Program-made: the position numbers and the translations under genes
The notes under the pieces: generated by a model
Seen by the model: only the letters and a program-made list of their open reading frames with translations
Told to the model about the DNA's origin: nothing
Databases searched by the model: none
NCBI RefSeq assembly: GCF_006345805.1
Contig: NC_043003.1
Span: 109,988,001-110,052,000, forward strand
Direction of reading: 5' to 3'
Source: Octopus sinensis
Lineage: Eukaryota
DNA length: 64,000 nt
Shown: in pieces, positions 1-12,945 of the stretch
Position numbering within the stretch: position 1 is the first letter of the stretch
Layout of the letters: each line of letters begins with the position of its first letter

Positions 1-225
1 ATTCACAGTTATAATATATAGAAATAGAACAGTTTACTGGAAAGGACAGTAAGAGTACTGAAGAAAATTCAAATACAACAACAATCATTATAATCATTAA
101 TATTGAGGATGCAATTCACGAACAAAATCAAAGCATATAATGCAAGAAATGAATAGGAGCACATTGCTTAAAATCTTAGAATACTTACAAAAGTCGAACA
201 AGAATATCACAAAAGAATGTTCTAA

Positions 226-343
226 AGTTCTGGGCCGAAATCCACTTCACTGTACCTTGAACAAGTGTCTTGTCATTTGGCATCGTGTGAATCAGATGAT
301 TCTGCATGGACTTTGATAGACGAACTTGTGCAGGAACCTGCCA
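226..343 (+). mobile_element. Degraded SINE family B fragment
   Basis: gtaccttgaacaagtgtctt and ggactttgatagacgaac align with gcaccttggacaagtgtctt and ggatttggtagacggaaac of the full copy at 19042. Confidence 0.45.
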
Positions 344-344
344 A

Positions 345-459
345 ACACACCACACACGCCACACACACACACACACACCACACACCACACCACACACAAA
401 CACGCACACAAACACACACACGTATGTATAAATGTATATATATGAGTACATTTATACAG

Positions 460-507
<48 letters not shown>

Positions 508-520
508 GTATTATATATGT
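345..520. repeat. Compound (CA)n/(TA)n microsatellite
   Basis: Directly visible. Confidence 0.95.
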
Positions 521-1708
521 GAGTGTGTCCGTGTGTGTTTGCGTATGCTCGTATATGTGTGTATGCTCATTTTTATGTGTGTGTTTACGTCTATATTGGC
601 GTTGCTTATCATCTATAATTTTCCTTGGTATATTAGCAGCAGTTCGTAAAAATACAGATGATAAAATAACTACATAAATGTCATGCTAAAACAAGTGTTC
701 GGGTCAATATGCCCGAATAATGCCCGAAGCCGGTTTCCCGCATTCCAATAACTGAAACCAGCAACGTAATAAAAGAATGGTAACGTTTCAACACATCTAA
801 AGACGAGCATTTTGAATAACATAATAGGAAATAAGGCAAGGATGGAAATCATGAAAGAACTAAACTTGATAGAAATACCCTCTCAAAAATAATTGTCAAA
901 AACGTAATAGAAAAACAAACAAATTTGGTAAACTTCGAGTTAGTGTAAGCAAATATGAACTTCAACATTTCCATGAAAATTGTATATGTGCAGGGGTCTC
1001 GATATAGCGAATCTGATTCGATATTTCTCCTTTGAATCTTCAGATAATAGTATATGAAAACGAGAGGAGCAACTAGAAACAAACATCTAGAGAGATGCAG
1101 AAAACAAAAAGAAAGACCTTTCAAATAGTAATGGTATCATTATAAAAGAGACGATTTGGGAAAAAACAGAGATATTTTATAAGGAAAGAAAATAAAATAT
1201 TTAAGAACGCCCAAAACGATAAAATTTCACAAAATAGCTAAATATTCAACGTTTTGAAAACGACAGCGACTCATTGTAGAAAATACAAAAATAATTTTAT
1301 GAAAAAAAAATATCTGAAAATTACAAAAGTCCACTTTGAGGAAAGAAGGAATATTGAAGAAATTTGTGTAAGAATGTGAACATAGAAAATTCGCCACAGG
1401 CGAGAATGCTTATATTAGCAAGTGCAGCATATGGCAAATTATCCCATAACACTACAAGATGAACCTCACATACTAGAAAAGAACTAGATAACATGACAAA
1501 CAGATACATTTCGAATCTTGTTCGAAATATCTAACAAGAACACAGAAACTGCAGGGAAAAGAATTGTGTGATTGACTGAAAATTGTAGAAAACATTGAAC
1601 ATAGGAAAACAAAGCAACCGAATGGCCTGACGGCAAGACAACTATCTCACGGATTTCCATAATAAACAGACAAAGAAACCATAAAAATTGCAACTGAATA
1701 ATCTGGCA

Positions 1709-1749
1709 TGATAATAATAATAATAATAATGATAATAATAATAATAATG

Positions 1750-1786
<37 letters not shown>

Positions 1787-1793
1787 TAATAAT

Positions 1794-1851
<58 letters not shown>
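1709..1851. repeat. (TAA)n microsatellite
   Basis: Directly visible; source of the poly-Ile ORF. Confidence 0.97.
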
Positions 1852-1852
<1 letters not shown>

Positions 1853-1854
1853 GG

Positions 1855-2056
1855 ACAGATGGCCTGAAATTTGGGTGGAGGGATTTAGTTGATTACATTG
1901 ACACCAGTGTTTTATTAGTATTACATCGACTGCGAAAAAAAAAATCTCATTCTACTATTGGTGCAGGGTCAGAAATTTTGGGGGTGGGGGATGGTCGATT
2001 ACATCGAACCCAGTGCTTAACAGGTATTTGTGTCATCGACCCCAAAAAGATGAAAG
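1855..2056 (-). mobile_element. Two tandem 3' fragments of SINE family A (subfamily A2 tail)
   Basis: gattacatcgaacccagtgc...tcgaccccaaaaagatgaaag is the reverse complement of the family A core ctttcatcctttcggggtcga...cactggggtcgatgtaatc. Confidence 0.55.
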
Positions 2057-3269
2057 CGCGCGCGCGTTGTGTATGTATGTGAGCGAAACAAACACATCAA
2101 CTTTTTTACAACTCGGAAAGCATTCCGCAGTACCAGCGGATGTTTTTTTTTTTTTTTACTTATTGAGGCAACCACTTAGTTTGATCATGTAACAAGGGGG
2201 TACACGTTAGTAACAAGAACAAGTAAGTCTAAAACGCGTCCATCGTTTCCAAAGGCTCTGCAGCGACGATAGGTATTTATTAGAAATGAACGCTCATCAT
2301 CAATACAATATATTTATGAGCAAATTTTCTATCAGACAAAAAGCACAGCAGCATGGCTTTTATACAGTGTTTATATATATATATATGTATATATGTATAT
2401 AATATTATACACAAAAGAGCTTTTTAATTTACGGATAAGCTGTGTTTGCTGAGTTATATCTATATAACATGTTATATATATAATATATGTTATATAAATA
2501 ATAAATCTCAAATTGATAATATAGAATATATATTTGCTATGCATAAGTCAGATATTTAACTATAACGGTAATGTATATTTATGTTAATTCAACAACATTG
2601 GCTGTATTTTATGGTGGTCTCGTTAGAAGTAAGGTAGTATCAATACGTAACGTGGAAATGTATGTCCAGGAGGAAAAGAAAATAATTTAGTGTTTCAACA
2701 ATAGAGGAGTGCTGAAGTAGGTTATTTTTGTAATCTTATATAGAATGCGTTTGATGGGTGATAATTTTATGCAGTTCAGAATTCTTTAAATCCTCATAGG
2801 ACAAACGATGTTTGGTAAAGAGAATGGCTTCTTGTATATTTTTCTTCATTTGAAGATTAATTCAATATTCGTCTGCTAATGATATCTTTGAAGTGTTTTA
2901 TTGTAATTAATATTAAATACTGCATATCGGTCTTTCTTTTGATTTACGTAGAGATTATTGGCTCACTCTGTTAGATTAGGAAGTTTGTTATATTTAGATT
3001 TGTGTTTAGTGGATGTGTTCAGTCGAATCTATTAAATATGCCCATTATGGTTTTTCTAAGCTTATAAATGTTATTCCTGTTTATGTTATAGTTCACTACT
3101 ACCAAACCAGCAGTATAAAACCGTATTGAAATTGAATGTGAGATGTGTTGAGTGTGTGCCGTGTGAATTAAGTAGTTAATTCGTAAACATCAGTGCCATA
3201 ACAGAGACCAATTGATTAATCAAAGAGATAAATTCCATGTTTCTTGACTCTAGAGTAGTGAATATAAAA

Positions 3270-4552
3270 TATCAGGCCATTAATAATGAAATGTCCGATT
3301 TTGCACTGAATGTTTATTTTACTTTTATCTCAACAAAATGCAATGTATTTAGTCAAAGTAGGCACCTAAATTATCAACACAATTTTGCCATTTATCGGTA
3401 GCATATTTACGCCGGCAGCGAAGAATTCTGGAGAGCAAGATGTGATGAAATCACGAAAAACTGTCTTTCCATCTTCTTGAGATTTAAAACTTTTCCTTGC
3501 AAAAATTTGTCTAATACCTGGAAAACGTGATAACCAGTTGGTGTAAGGTCTGGTGAATAGTGGAAGACAGACTATTTCCAAGTTCAGTTCCTGTAACATG
3601 AATAGCCTTCTTGTGCAACGTGGTCGAGCATTGCCTTGCAAGAGAATTGGCCACCTGTCTCTATTGACCAATCTCTCTTTTTTAATTGCAAGTTCACTCA
3701 TCATTTCATCCAGTTGGTTGAGGTATACATCCACTGTAATTGACTTGCCAGCCCTCATGAAGCTGTAATGGATGACTCCAACGCTACGCTATCAAACAGA
3801 CACCATTAGCCTCTTTTGGTGAATATCCTTTTTGGATTGTCTTTTGGTACTCCGTTTCTATCCAACGACAGTACACAACGCTGAAAAGAATTGCTGAAAA
3901 GTATGCATTTTTCATCACACGTACAATGCAAAAATAGTTCGCTTTTATGCCGTGACAGCAAAGAACAGCAGGTTTCAAGACGACGTGTCATTTCATGTTC
4001 GTTCAGTTCGTGTGGTACTCACTTGCCCAGCTTCTTTACCATGTCGATTTGTTGCAGATGGTCGAATAGGGTTGGAATCGAACCATCAAACCTTGTTGCT
4101 AACTCACGCGTAGTTTGAGATGCATCCGCTTCCACTGCAGTTTCCAGCTCACCATTATCTACCTTGGTCTCAGGTCTACCACGGAGCTTATTTTCAAGGG
4201 TAAAATCCCCAGAACGGAACTTCTCAAACCAATGACGTACAGTGCGCACATTCGCCACATCTTTACCAAACACATCATTGATGCTTCCAGCTGTCTGGGA
4301 TGCATTGGTTTCACGACGGAACTCATATTCATAAACAACACGAATTCGTGTATCTCACCATGGATTCACAAAAATTGATTTACAAGAGGTAACTCACAAT
4401 ATAATCAGACATCATGAATTACATTTCGAAAAGTGATGATGTAACTCTTCAATGTTGTAAAACAAAGAATTGCCAGTACAAAACATTAAAGTTAACGACC
4501 GCCAAATTTGGTGCATAAAAATGTCGGACATTTCATTCTTAACAACCTGATA
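3270..4552 (-). mobile_element. Full-length mariner (DD34D) transposon with inactivated transposase
   Basis: TIRs tatcaggccattaataatgaaatgtccga (3270) and reverse-complement tatcaggttgttaagaatgaaatgtccga (ending 4552), TA at both ends, 1283 bp. Translation gives the HTH region, (W>stop)VPHEL, TCDEK, LLQGNARP and frameshifted YSPDLTPTGYHVF. Confidence 0.95.
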
Positions 4553-6353
4553 TGATTTACAATCCTGCGTTTGTGATGATGCCTACACGGTTATGGCTGA
4601 TGGCAATGGATGCTGCTACAAACTGTAAAGCTTTCAGTTAATTATATATAAAAATGGATGAATTTGTTCCGCCACGTCGATTCAAGTGAATTCGAGGATA
4701 AACTTGTTATTAATCTCATTAAGCTAACTAATTATGTCATTGCTGCAGCTCCGTGAACATTTTAAAATCCGAAATTCATATAGTCTGTTATGCATGTTAA
4801 CCATGTCTTGTACATTTTCAAAGGGGGTTTATTAGTTAGGAATTTGGGGGCTGAATATGTTATGTTCTTGATTGTTTAGCGTTATGTAGGATCTATATAT
4901 TTTGAGGGGCTCTGAATTGTCTTTCATTTTAAGTTGATTTCTCAAAGTTTGCATCATTGTCTATTATATTACATATTCTGGCGATTGATTTCATGATTTT
5001 TGAAAATTGAGCGTGATTCTGTGTAATTGGTTTAAGGTTTTAGATTTGTCAACTTGTATGTAATTATTGCATGAGTTTTTGATAGGTGATATAGGTCATT
5101 TTAAGTTGTTTCAAGCCTTTTAAAATTTTATTGATTATTTTGTTCAATTTTTATACTAACACCATATCATAATCTGTTAGTTTATGCGTAAAATAGAGGC
5201 CTCTGATTAGAGACAGGATCAAAACTTTATTGCGTGTTCATAAATAATTATAGTATTTGGCATACTTCTGCAGAATTAGAAGTATTGACAAAATGTCAGC
5301 AGATTATCCCTAATGAATATGGTTGTTCCAGACCCTTTTTATATAGAAAAATCTTTTCGACATTTTGCTGGCCGAATGTAATACTAGCATATGTTTCCAG
5401 AAATATTCGTTCTGCAATGGAGTAAATTTTCCAATATAATTCTTCGAGAATATTTTCAGTAACGGTGAAAAGAAAAATTGCAGCGCTATATGATTTTTAT
5501 TTCTATTAATGCTAGAACATCGAAAATGAATTGGAACTTTTTGTTGTCATGAAGTGATAAAGAATCCTAGCAAAGGAGATTTAATTTAGTAAGTTCTGCT
5601 ACAATTAGTCTGAGTACTGCAGAATTGTTTTCCATTTTTTGACCGATATTTTGAATCCTTGCAGTGAAAGCGAAGCAGCCAAATGTAGCGAAGTAATATC
5701 CTATGGATCATTGCTGTCCGTTTAGGTGCCATATTTATCGGTCGATTAAATAAATTTCCCAAAAGTTTATGCTATCTCTCCAATATATAAACTTTTTTTG
5801 ATCACATTGAGAATCCTCGTTGCATATTTAATTTTCACCGATCCATTCCTTATAGTCTAAAATACCTTTGAAGAGGCAATTTCACTGGTTCCATTCTGAG
5901 TCATCTTATATATATTTTGCTTTGGTATTCTATCTTTAAATCTGCATATATTAGAGTAATTTTGCGTTTCTGATTTGATTCTAGGATTAACTCTTGCCGC
6001 CTTTCACAAGTTACGCTTTTAGCTTGTCTGTAATTAGATCATTAATTGTTTAATCGATTATAGAAGACCAGGCGCGTTGCTACGAAGTTAACGTAAATTT
6101 ATTATTGCAGCATGATTTAAGAACGCTTTAATCTCCTTCAATGAAGATCCCTGAAGTTGTTGATTCCAAACATTTTTGAGCAACAATATAAGCGAATCTT
6201 CACTAATATTGCGAGGTTGAAATAATTTAAAATATAATTACTTCCTACTTTACTTTGAGGTTTCAGTTATCGGTGTTATTTAATAATTAATTTCGATTTC
6301 GGTTAGTTCTATTCTGTGATCAATCTATCAGTAATCTGCAGGTGATATGGTGA

Positions 6354-6356
<3 letters not shown>

Positions 6357-6386
<30 letters not shown>

Positions 6387-6457
6387 TGTATGTATGTATG
6401 TATGTATGTATGTATGTATGTATGTATGTATGTATGCATGCATTTGTGTATGTATGT
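6357..6457. repeat. (TATG)n microsatellite abutting a LINE 3' end
   Basis: Directly visible. Confidence 0.95.
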
Positions 6458-7360
6458 CATTGTTCAGTTTTATTTCAAGACTTCTTTCCAATAGAGAAAG
6501 AGTCGGTTTCTAACCCAAATCCAAGGTTCCTTCATTGGAATTTCAACGACATTAGCATGATATTTTTGTATGTATCTATGTATGTATACGTGCAGATTTG
6601 TATACTTTGTTTTATTTATGTTTTCTGATGCGTATACTTGCACATCTACTCATACTCATATTTGCTTAAATGATAAACTTCTGGAAAGTTTTACAGACTT
6701 ATATTCCAGTGACGGCTTGTATCTGTAGTCTTCGAATCAACCTTCTCCTAATTTCTTAAATTTGTTACTTTGGCAGTGTTACATATCCCAGTACCATGAT
6801 GATTACACATATTAACCTAAACTTATAATCGGGATAGATTAACTGCAGATTTTTCAGCAGTTCTGCATAGGTATTCTCCTTTTCACTGATCTTCAGCGTT
6901 TTGATAACATACGTTGGACAGCTGATTTCCACAACTGTAAACAATTTCTCTCCTCTATCGCCAAATCCTTATATCAGGTCTATTGTGTTTACATTTTATT
7001 CAGGTTTTCACTGGGACATTCCACCAATACTCTTTTCTTTATTATGAGTGGCTATGGTTTTTACTGTACTGAGGGTTCTTATTTCTTTGTCCTCTGGGTT
7101 ATCCTTCAGAAAGATCTCATTAAATAGTGTCCAAGCTACAACATCACGTCTCATCGGTAGATAATACCGTGGTGACATTTCTGGAGAACTGCTTATGATG
7201 AGGCTGATATCTTGGTGTTAACTCAAAAAAGTCTGCATCAGTTATCACATTTTACTGATTTTCCTGCATCTCTGTCCATTTCGTGCAACAGGTTTTTAGT
7301 CGATATTTCCTGTTCCTAAGATTTCCAACCTTCGAAATGAAGCAGCCATTAAGTTTGATC
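6458..7360 (-). mobile_element. 5'-truncated RLE-type non-LTR retrotransposon (3' end: decayed CCHC finger, restriction-like endonuclease, 3' UTR)
   Basis: Minus-strand translation with frameshifts: EQEISTK...KCDN*CRL...RYYLPMR.DVVA...WWNVPVKT*IKCKHNRPDI.IW...VEISCP...EKENTYAELLKNLQLIYPDYKF; the RPD...EIS-CP layout is a PD-(D/E)xK RLE motif. Confidence 0.85.
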
Positions 7361-7500
7361 GTGTGACAAGAGGGTGCTCATTATTAACAAGAACAAATAA
7401 GAGCGAAACACCTCTAACGTTTTCAAGAAACCCTGCAGTGACGATGGGTGTGTATTAAAAATGAATACCAACCGTCAACAACATATATCTGAGGAAGTAA

Positions 7501-7850
7501 GGCTGCGAGCTGACAGAAACCTTAGCGTGCCGGGCGTAATGCTTAGCGGTATTTCGTCTGCCGCTACGTTCTGAGTTCAAATTCCGCCTAGGTCGACTTT
7601 GCCTTTCATCCTTTCGGGGTCGATTAAAAAAGCACCAGTTACGCACTGGGGTCGATATATTCGACTTAATCCGTTTGTCTGTCCTTGTTTGTCACCTCTG
7701 TGTTTAGCCCCTTGTGGGTAGTAAAGAAATAGGTATTTCGTCTGCTTTCACGCTCTGAGTTCAAATTCCGCCGAGGTCGACTTTGCTTTTCATCCTTTCG
7801 GGGTCGATAAATAAAGTACTTGTTACGCACCGGAGTCGATGTATTCTGCC
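7501..7850 (+). mobile_element. tRNA-derived SINE family A, full copy plus head-to-tail partial second unit
   Basis: Head ggctgcgagctgacagaaac, B-box-like gagttcaaattcc, core gtcgactttgcctttcatcctttcggggtcga; second unit restarts at ggtatttcgtctg (7732). Matches copies at 15281 and 46646. Confidence 0.9.
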
Positions 7851-7879
7851 TCCCGTTAATGTCGAAGTTACTGTCAGGA

Positions 7880-8830
7880 GGTATTGCAGAAGAACTGACG
7901 AGAGCGAATAAAAAGGCTGTAGAAGGAGCTGCAGATGTACCAAAGTTCAACTACTGATAGGCAAAATGGTAATGCAAGATTGTAAACGAAGGAAAACAAA
8001 TCTGCGAATGGCCTGAGTTGACTATCGCAAAGCTTATGATATGAATCTACATTCGTGGATCATCGAGTACTTAGATCTATTCCGATTTGCAAGGAATGTA
8101 ACGTGTTTCGTGAAGAGAAGTGTCGTGGGATGGAAAACTGAACTGACATCTTACGGAAAATGCTTGGGTAACATGGACATCAGAAGAGGGATTTTCCAGG
8201 GTGACAGACTATCAATCTTTGTAATCAGGAAAATGAACCTGAGGTACCAAGGAAGGGTCCGAAATAATCACCCACCTCATCTTCATGGATGATTTGAAAC
8301 TGCATGGCAAATATGAGACACAAGTGTGTTCCTTGGTGAACACGATCCACTGTTTTAGTACTGATATCAGGATGGAATTTGGACTCAAGCAGTGCGGAGT
8401 AATATTTCTAAAAAGAGGCAAGGTACAGTCCCTAGCAGGGATAGAATTACCGAACAGAGACTTGATAAACAAATTGAAACGGAAGGATACAAATACCTTG
8501 ATGTCCTAAAGTGCAACGAGATAATGGAAAAGGAAGTGAAAGAGCAACTGAGGATGGGGTATTTCCGAAGACTGAGGTTGGTGTTGTGCTCAAAATTGAC
8601 TGGATGGATTAAAATCCAAGCAATTAATACGTGGGCGATAGCATCACTTCAGTATGGAGCGGGAATTATAAAATGACAAAAGAGAGAAGTGAAAAAAATG
8701 GATACTAAGACCAGAAAAATATTGACGGTACACAGAACTATCCACCCTAAAAATGACACCGATAAGCTGTACTTGTTGAGAAGAAAGGGTGGGACAGGTT
8801 CGATCAGTTGTCAGGACTGTATCGAAGAAG
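7880..8830 (+). mobile_element. Reverse transcriptase fragment of an R4/Dong-clade non-LTR retrotransposon (pseudogenised)
   Basis: KGCRR...[29 protein letters not shown]...HSWI, IRRGIFQGD.LS, MDDLKL.GK, DIRMEFGLKQCG, GYKYL, AINTWA...YGAG, HPKND.DKLYL.RRKGG.G; stops and frameshifts present. Confidence 0.92.
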
Positions 8831-9514
8831 ATCGTTGTCACCAAAACTGTAAAAAAAGTTAGTTCTAAAATATCTCTAAGAATATCTTTAAGAGATGAAC
8901 GCAGTAGTTATACTAGTAAGTAAAGTGTGTAGCCACTTCAACATTGCTGTTCCGTTCGAACGGACTTTCTTCTGATTTTCTAACCCCAAGAGGTTATCTC
9001 CTGTAGCTGGTTAACGATACACACCTACATCTGATATATGTATGTAAGCGCACCTACACACGAACTCAGTAATAATGTATAGTCATTCACAGTAAAAAAC
9101 GTAGAATATACCATATATGGATTGAAACGACAGTGACAATAAAAACACCATCAGCAACAATAACTACAACGATGTATAATTATATATGACAGAAACATGG
9201 TATTTTCTATTCCTTATTTTTCTTTTGACAAAGTTATGTTGAAGAATTATCGCAATACATTAGTTAAGAAAATGAGTGGCTGCAAATCTCAGTCAGTAAC
9301 TAAGAACCATTTATATAAATCTTTTTACGAATAAATCGGATTTGGAGGGAAGAGCGTACTCCAAAAGTTGGATGCATATATATACTATATACAACGATAA
9401 GTATATAGATTAACAGTCAGACACGTAGATAGGAAGTAGGACAACAGACGACGCATATATACAGATGAAATAAGGGCCTGACACAGATACAGATACATAT
9501 CTACCTGTGTCTCT

Positions 9515-9515
9515 G

Positions 9516-9591
<76 letters not shown>

Positions 9592-9592
9592 C

Positions 9593-9660
<68 letters not shown>

Positions 9661-9676
9661 TTATCCACCCATCGAA

Positions 9677-9712
<36 letters not shown>

Positions 9713-9716
9713 ATCT

Positions 9717-9749
<33 letters not shown>

Positions 9750-9811
9750 GTATCTATCTATTTCCCTGTTTGGCTAACCGTATAATATATATATATATAT
9801 TATATATATAT

Positions 9812-9862
<51 letters not shown>
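9515..9862. repeat. (TATC)n followed by (TA)n microsatellite
   Basis: Directly visible. Confidence 0.95.
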
Positions 9863-10561
9863 CTGTGCGTGTGTGCGTTGTGTGTATGTGAGGCTGTATG
9901 ATTACAACACGGTTATATAGATAGATAAAAGGTGAAACTGTAAAACAATAACGGGTAGAAAATGTATGTTGAGAACGGAAAAAGTTTTAGATCAGTTTAT
10001 GACTTGTTTGATGTGTGGCAATGAAGCTTTTTCAATCAGAAATACAACCATTAAGACGCTATTTCATGTAAAGGATCAAAGGGAAGAGACATTAGTCACT
10101 TCGTCTTCGCCTTCAACTCCACATTTCTATGTTATTATATATATCCACATACATTATATATACATATATAGCTGCGCACGCACACACGCACACGTGCGCG
10201 CACATGCATATAATGTATATATATATATATATATACATACACGACCATACATATACATATTCGTACATACATATACACACACACATATATATATATTTAT
10301 ACATATTTATGTATATATATTTACATATGTACATATACATATATAGACAAATCTACATATAAATGTATGCATATGTATATATAGATATGTATGTGTATGT
10401 ATTTGTGGATGCAACTTTGCTCAATTTTCCTCTGTCTGGGGTGTAATTTAACTTGCTTTACACACGTGTATGCATACATGCGTATATGCATAAAATATAC
10501 ATAAAATTTACATACAACTTGCTTTGTGTGTGTGTGTGTGTGAGTGCTCTCATATCAAGAC

Positions 10562-10783
10562 TACGATGGGGTGCTGAAATGTTTTTGATTTTGAATATTT
10601 TTGTGAAAAGTCTGGATGGAGAATCAACATTCCGAGTTCTTTTACGTCAGATAGAAAAACTAAAGCGTCGCTGGAATAACCATGTGAATGTGAAAGGCGA
10701 ATATGGTGAATGATGTCTTAATTAACTGATCCTCCCCTATTTTCTTTTACTCAAAGCCAGGAACTCTTCAGCATGTCCTCGTA
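10562..10783 (+). mobile_element. Mariner-derived MITE, about 220 bp
   Basis: Ends tacgatggggtgctgaaa / ttcagcatgtcctcgta are imperfect TIRs with TA termini; interior encodes a mariner C-terminus (IEKLKRRWNNHVNVKGEYGE*). Related copy at 37373. Confidence 0.75.
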
Positions 10784-11115
10784 TAACATTGTCAGCACAC
10801 ACATACAGAGACACACACACGCTCACACACACAACACACATACATACACATACACACACACACGCTCACACACACACTGACCTCCCCACACGCACACTAT
10901 ACATATACATATATATTTATATACATACGTTCATATATATATATATATATACATGTACATATATGCATATGCTTATATACATACATACATTCATAGACAC
11001 ACACATATACATATATATTATCAATTAACGGGAGATAGATTTGCGGTTAAAACTTTAAACACACTAATCGACTTATACTTATTTGTCCAAATTATTTGTT
11101 ATTATTATTATCATC

Positions 11116-11174
<59 letters not shown>

Positions 11175-11704
11175 CATACATTCACACACCCAAAGACGCA
11201 TACATTTACATGTAAAAAATCGCAGAGCCATAGTCATCGAAATGGAGAGAAAGCGAAATATAGATAGAGTGAACTATAGCGATATATCTCAGCGGAGATA
11301 TTATAACAGCGAAAGAGAAAAATCAGAACATGAGGAGATTTTGGGTTAATGAGATGAGATTATAAGTTTTTTTACAAAGGACACTTCGAGAAATAATTGT
11401 CTTGCAAAATTGATAGAGCTGTAAAATAAATAGGATATATAGATTAACCAAAACTTCTTACAAGTAGTTACACTGTTTAATAAAGATTCAAGATCCATAA
11501 GTTGTATTGAGCCATTTGCTCTTCTAATATTTTGAGACTGTTAATTTCAGAGACACGCACACAGGATACGATAAATATACGCATTAATTTGATTTGTTTG
11601 ATGTGAGGCAGGCTTGTTATTTCAATTCATAATTGAGATAGAAAATGGTTCTTCAAGAAAGGATGGAATACAAAAGGAACCTGTACACTCAGTACCATAG
11701 TTTT

Positions 11705-11709
11705 GTATG

Positions 11710-11743
<34 letters not shown>

Positions 11744-11803
11744 ATATATATATATATATGTATGTATATATATACACAAACATATATATATATGCATATA
11801 TAT

Positions 11804-11844
<41 letters not shown>

Positions 11845-11975
11845 CATACATACATACATACATACATACATGCATACATAGATGTGTGTGTATATATATA
11901 TATATATATACACGCTGATACACAGACACACATACGCTCACGCACACACACACATACACGCATGCACACACATAG
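11705..11975. repeat. Compound (TA)n/(CA)n/(TACA)n microsatellite
   Basis: Directly visible. Confidence 0.9.
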
Positions 11976-12388
11976 ACAATGACATGGAGAAATCGTGTAG
12001 AATTATAAGGGAAGAGGAACGAAACAAATATATAATGCTAAGCAAGCAAAATGTATGTCTGAAACGCGTAAACGAAAAGCTGTAACGACAATAAAATACT
12101 GAGTAAAATACAAAAAATAAAAGACGAAAGAAAACAGAGAAATGACAGAAACTGAAGTGAATCTAACCCTTCAACTTATATCTGTTATCAAAGAGAGTGG
12201 AATGTAATAAGAGAAGCAAGAGAAAAGGAAAAGAAAATAGCACTGAAATTTAGAACATTTGTATGCATAGCAGGCCTAATCTATTTGTGTAGGCCTGACT
12301 GCATGATTGTCTTCCTGTCTCTGTTTGTCTGTATGCCTGTCAATCTGACTGTGTGTCTCTATCCCTTTATCCATTCATCCATAATATA

Positions 12389-12697
12389 TTTTTTTCTAGT
12401 TTCAGCTCAGAGCTGCGGTCATGCTGATGCAGCGCCGTTTTGTGCTACACTGTTATTACTAAGAGCCTCCTCTAATACGTGGCACTTGGTGAAGAATGGA
12501 GTTTGATATAGCTACCCCCATTTGCACCTCTTGCCGTGAGGCAGTTCATCTGGGACTCTAGACAGGAAGAGGTCCAGCTTTGATTTCAAAACCCCTATAT
12601 CTACTTTGTGCAAGTTCCTCAGACTCTTTGGGAGAATATTAAAAAGGTGTGGGCCCCTGAAACCCAGGACGTTGCAGTAACTGGCCCTGAAGCATGA
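12389..12697 (-). mobile_element. 3' end of a CR1/L2-like LINE (ORF2 C-terminus, 3' UTR, A-rich end)
   Basis: LGFRGPHLFNILPKSLRNLH.VD...KSKLDLFLSRVPDE, then frameshifted RQEVQM.VAISNSILHQVP. The LD.FL..VPDE...SNS pattern is what I recognise from invertebrate CR1/L2-group ORF2 ends; clade assignment is tentative. Confidence 0.8.
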
Positions 12698-12782
12698 TAT
12701 ATATATATATATTATATATATATATATGATATAAAATATATTATTACATACATACCCGTACACACACACATGTGCGTATATA

Positions 12783-12866
<84 letters not shown>

Positions 12867-12945
12867 TATATATACACACACATATATATATATATATCTA
12901 TGTTTATGCGTGTGTATAATTTTATATGTACACATGTATATATGA
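12698..12945. repeat. (TA)n-rich microsatellite
   Basis: Directly visible; the LINE fragment is truncated into it. Confidence 0.95.
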
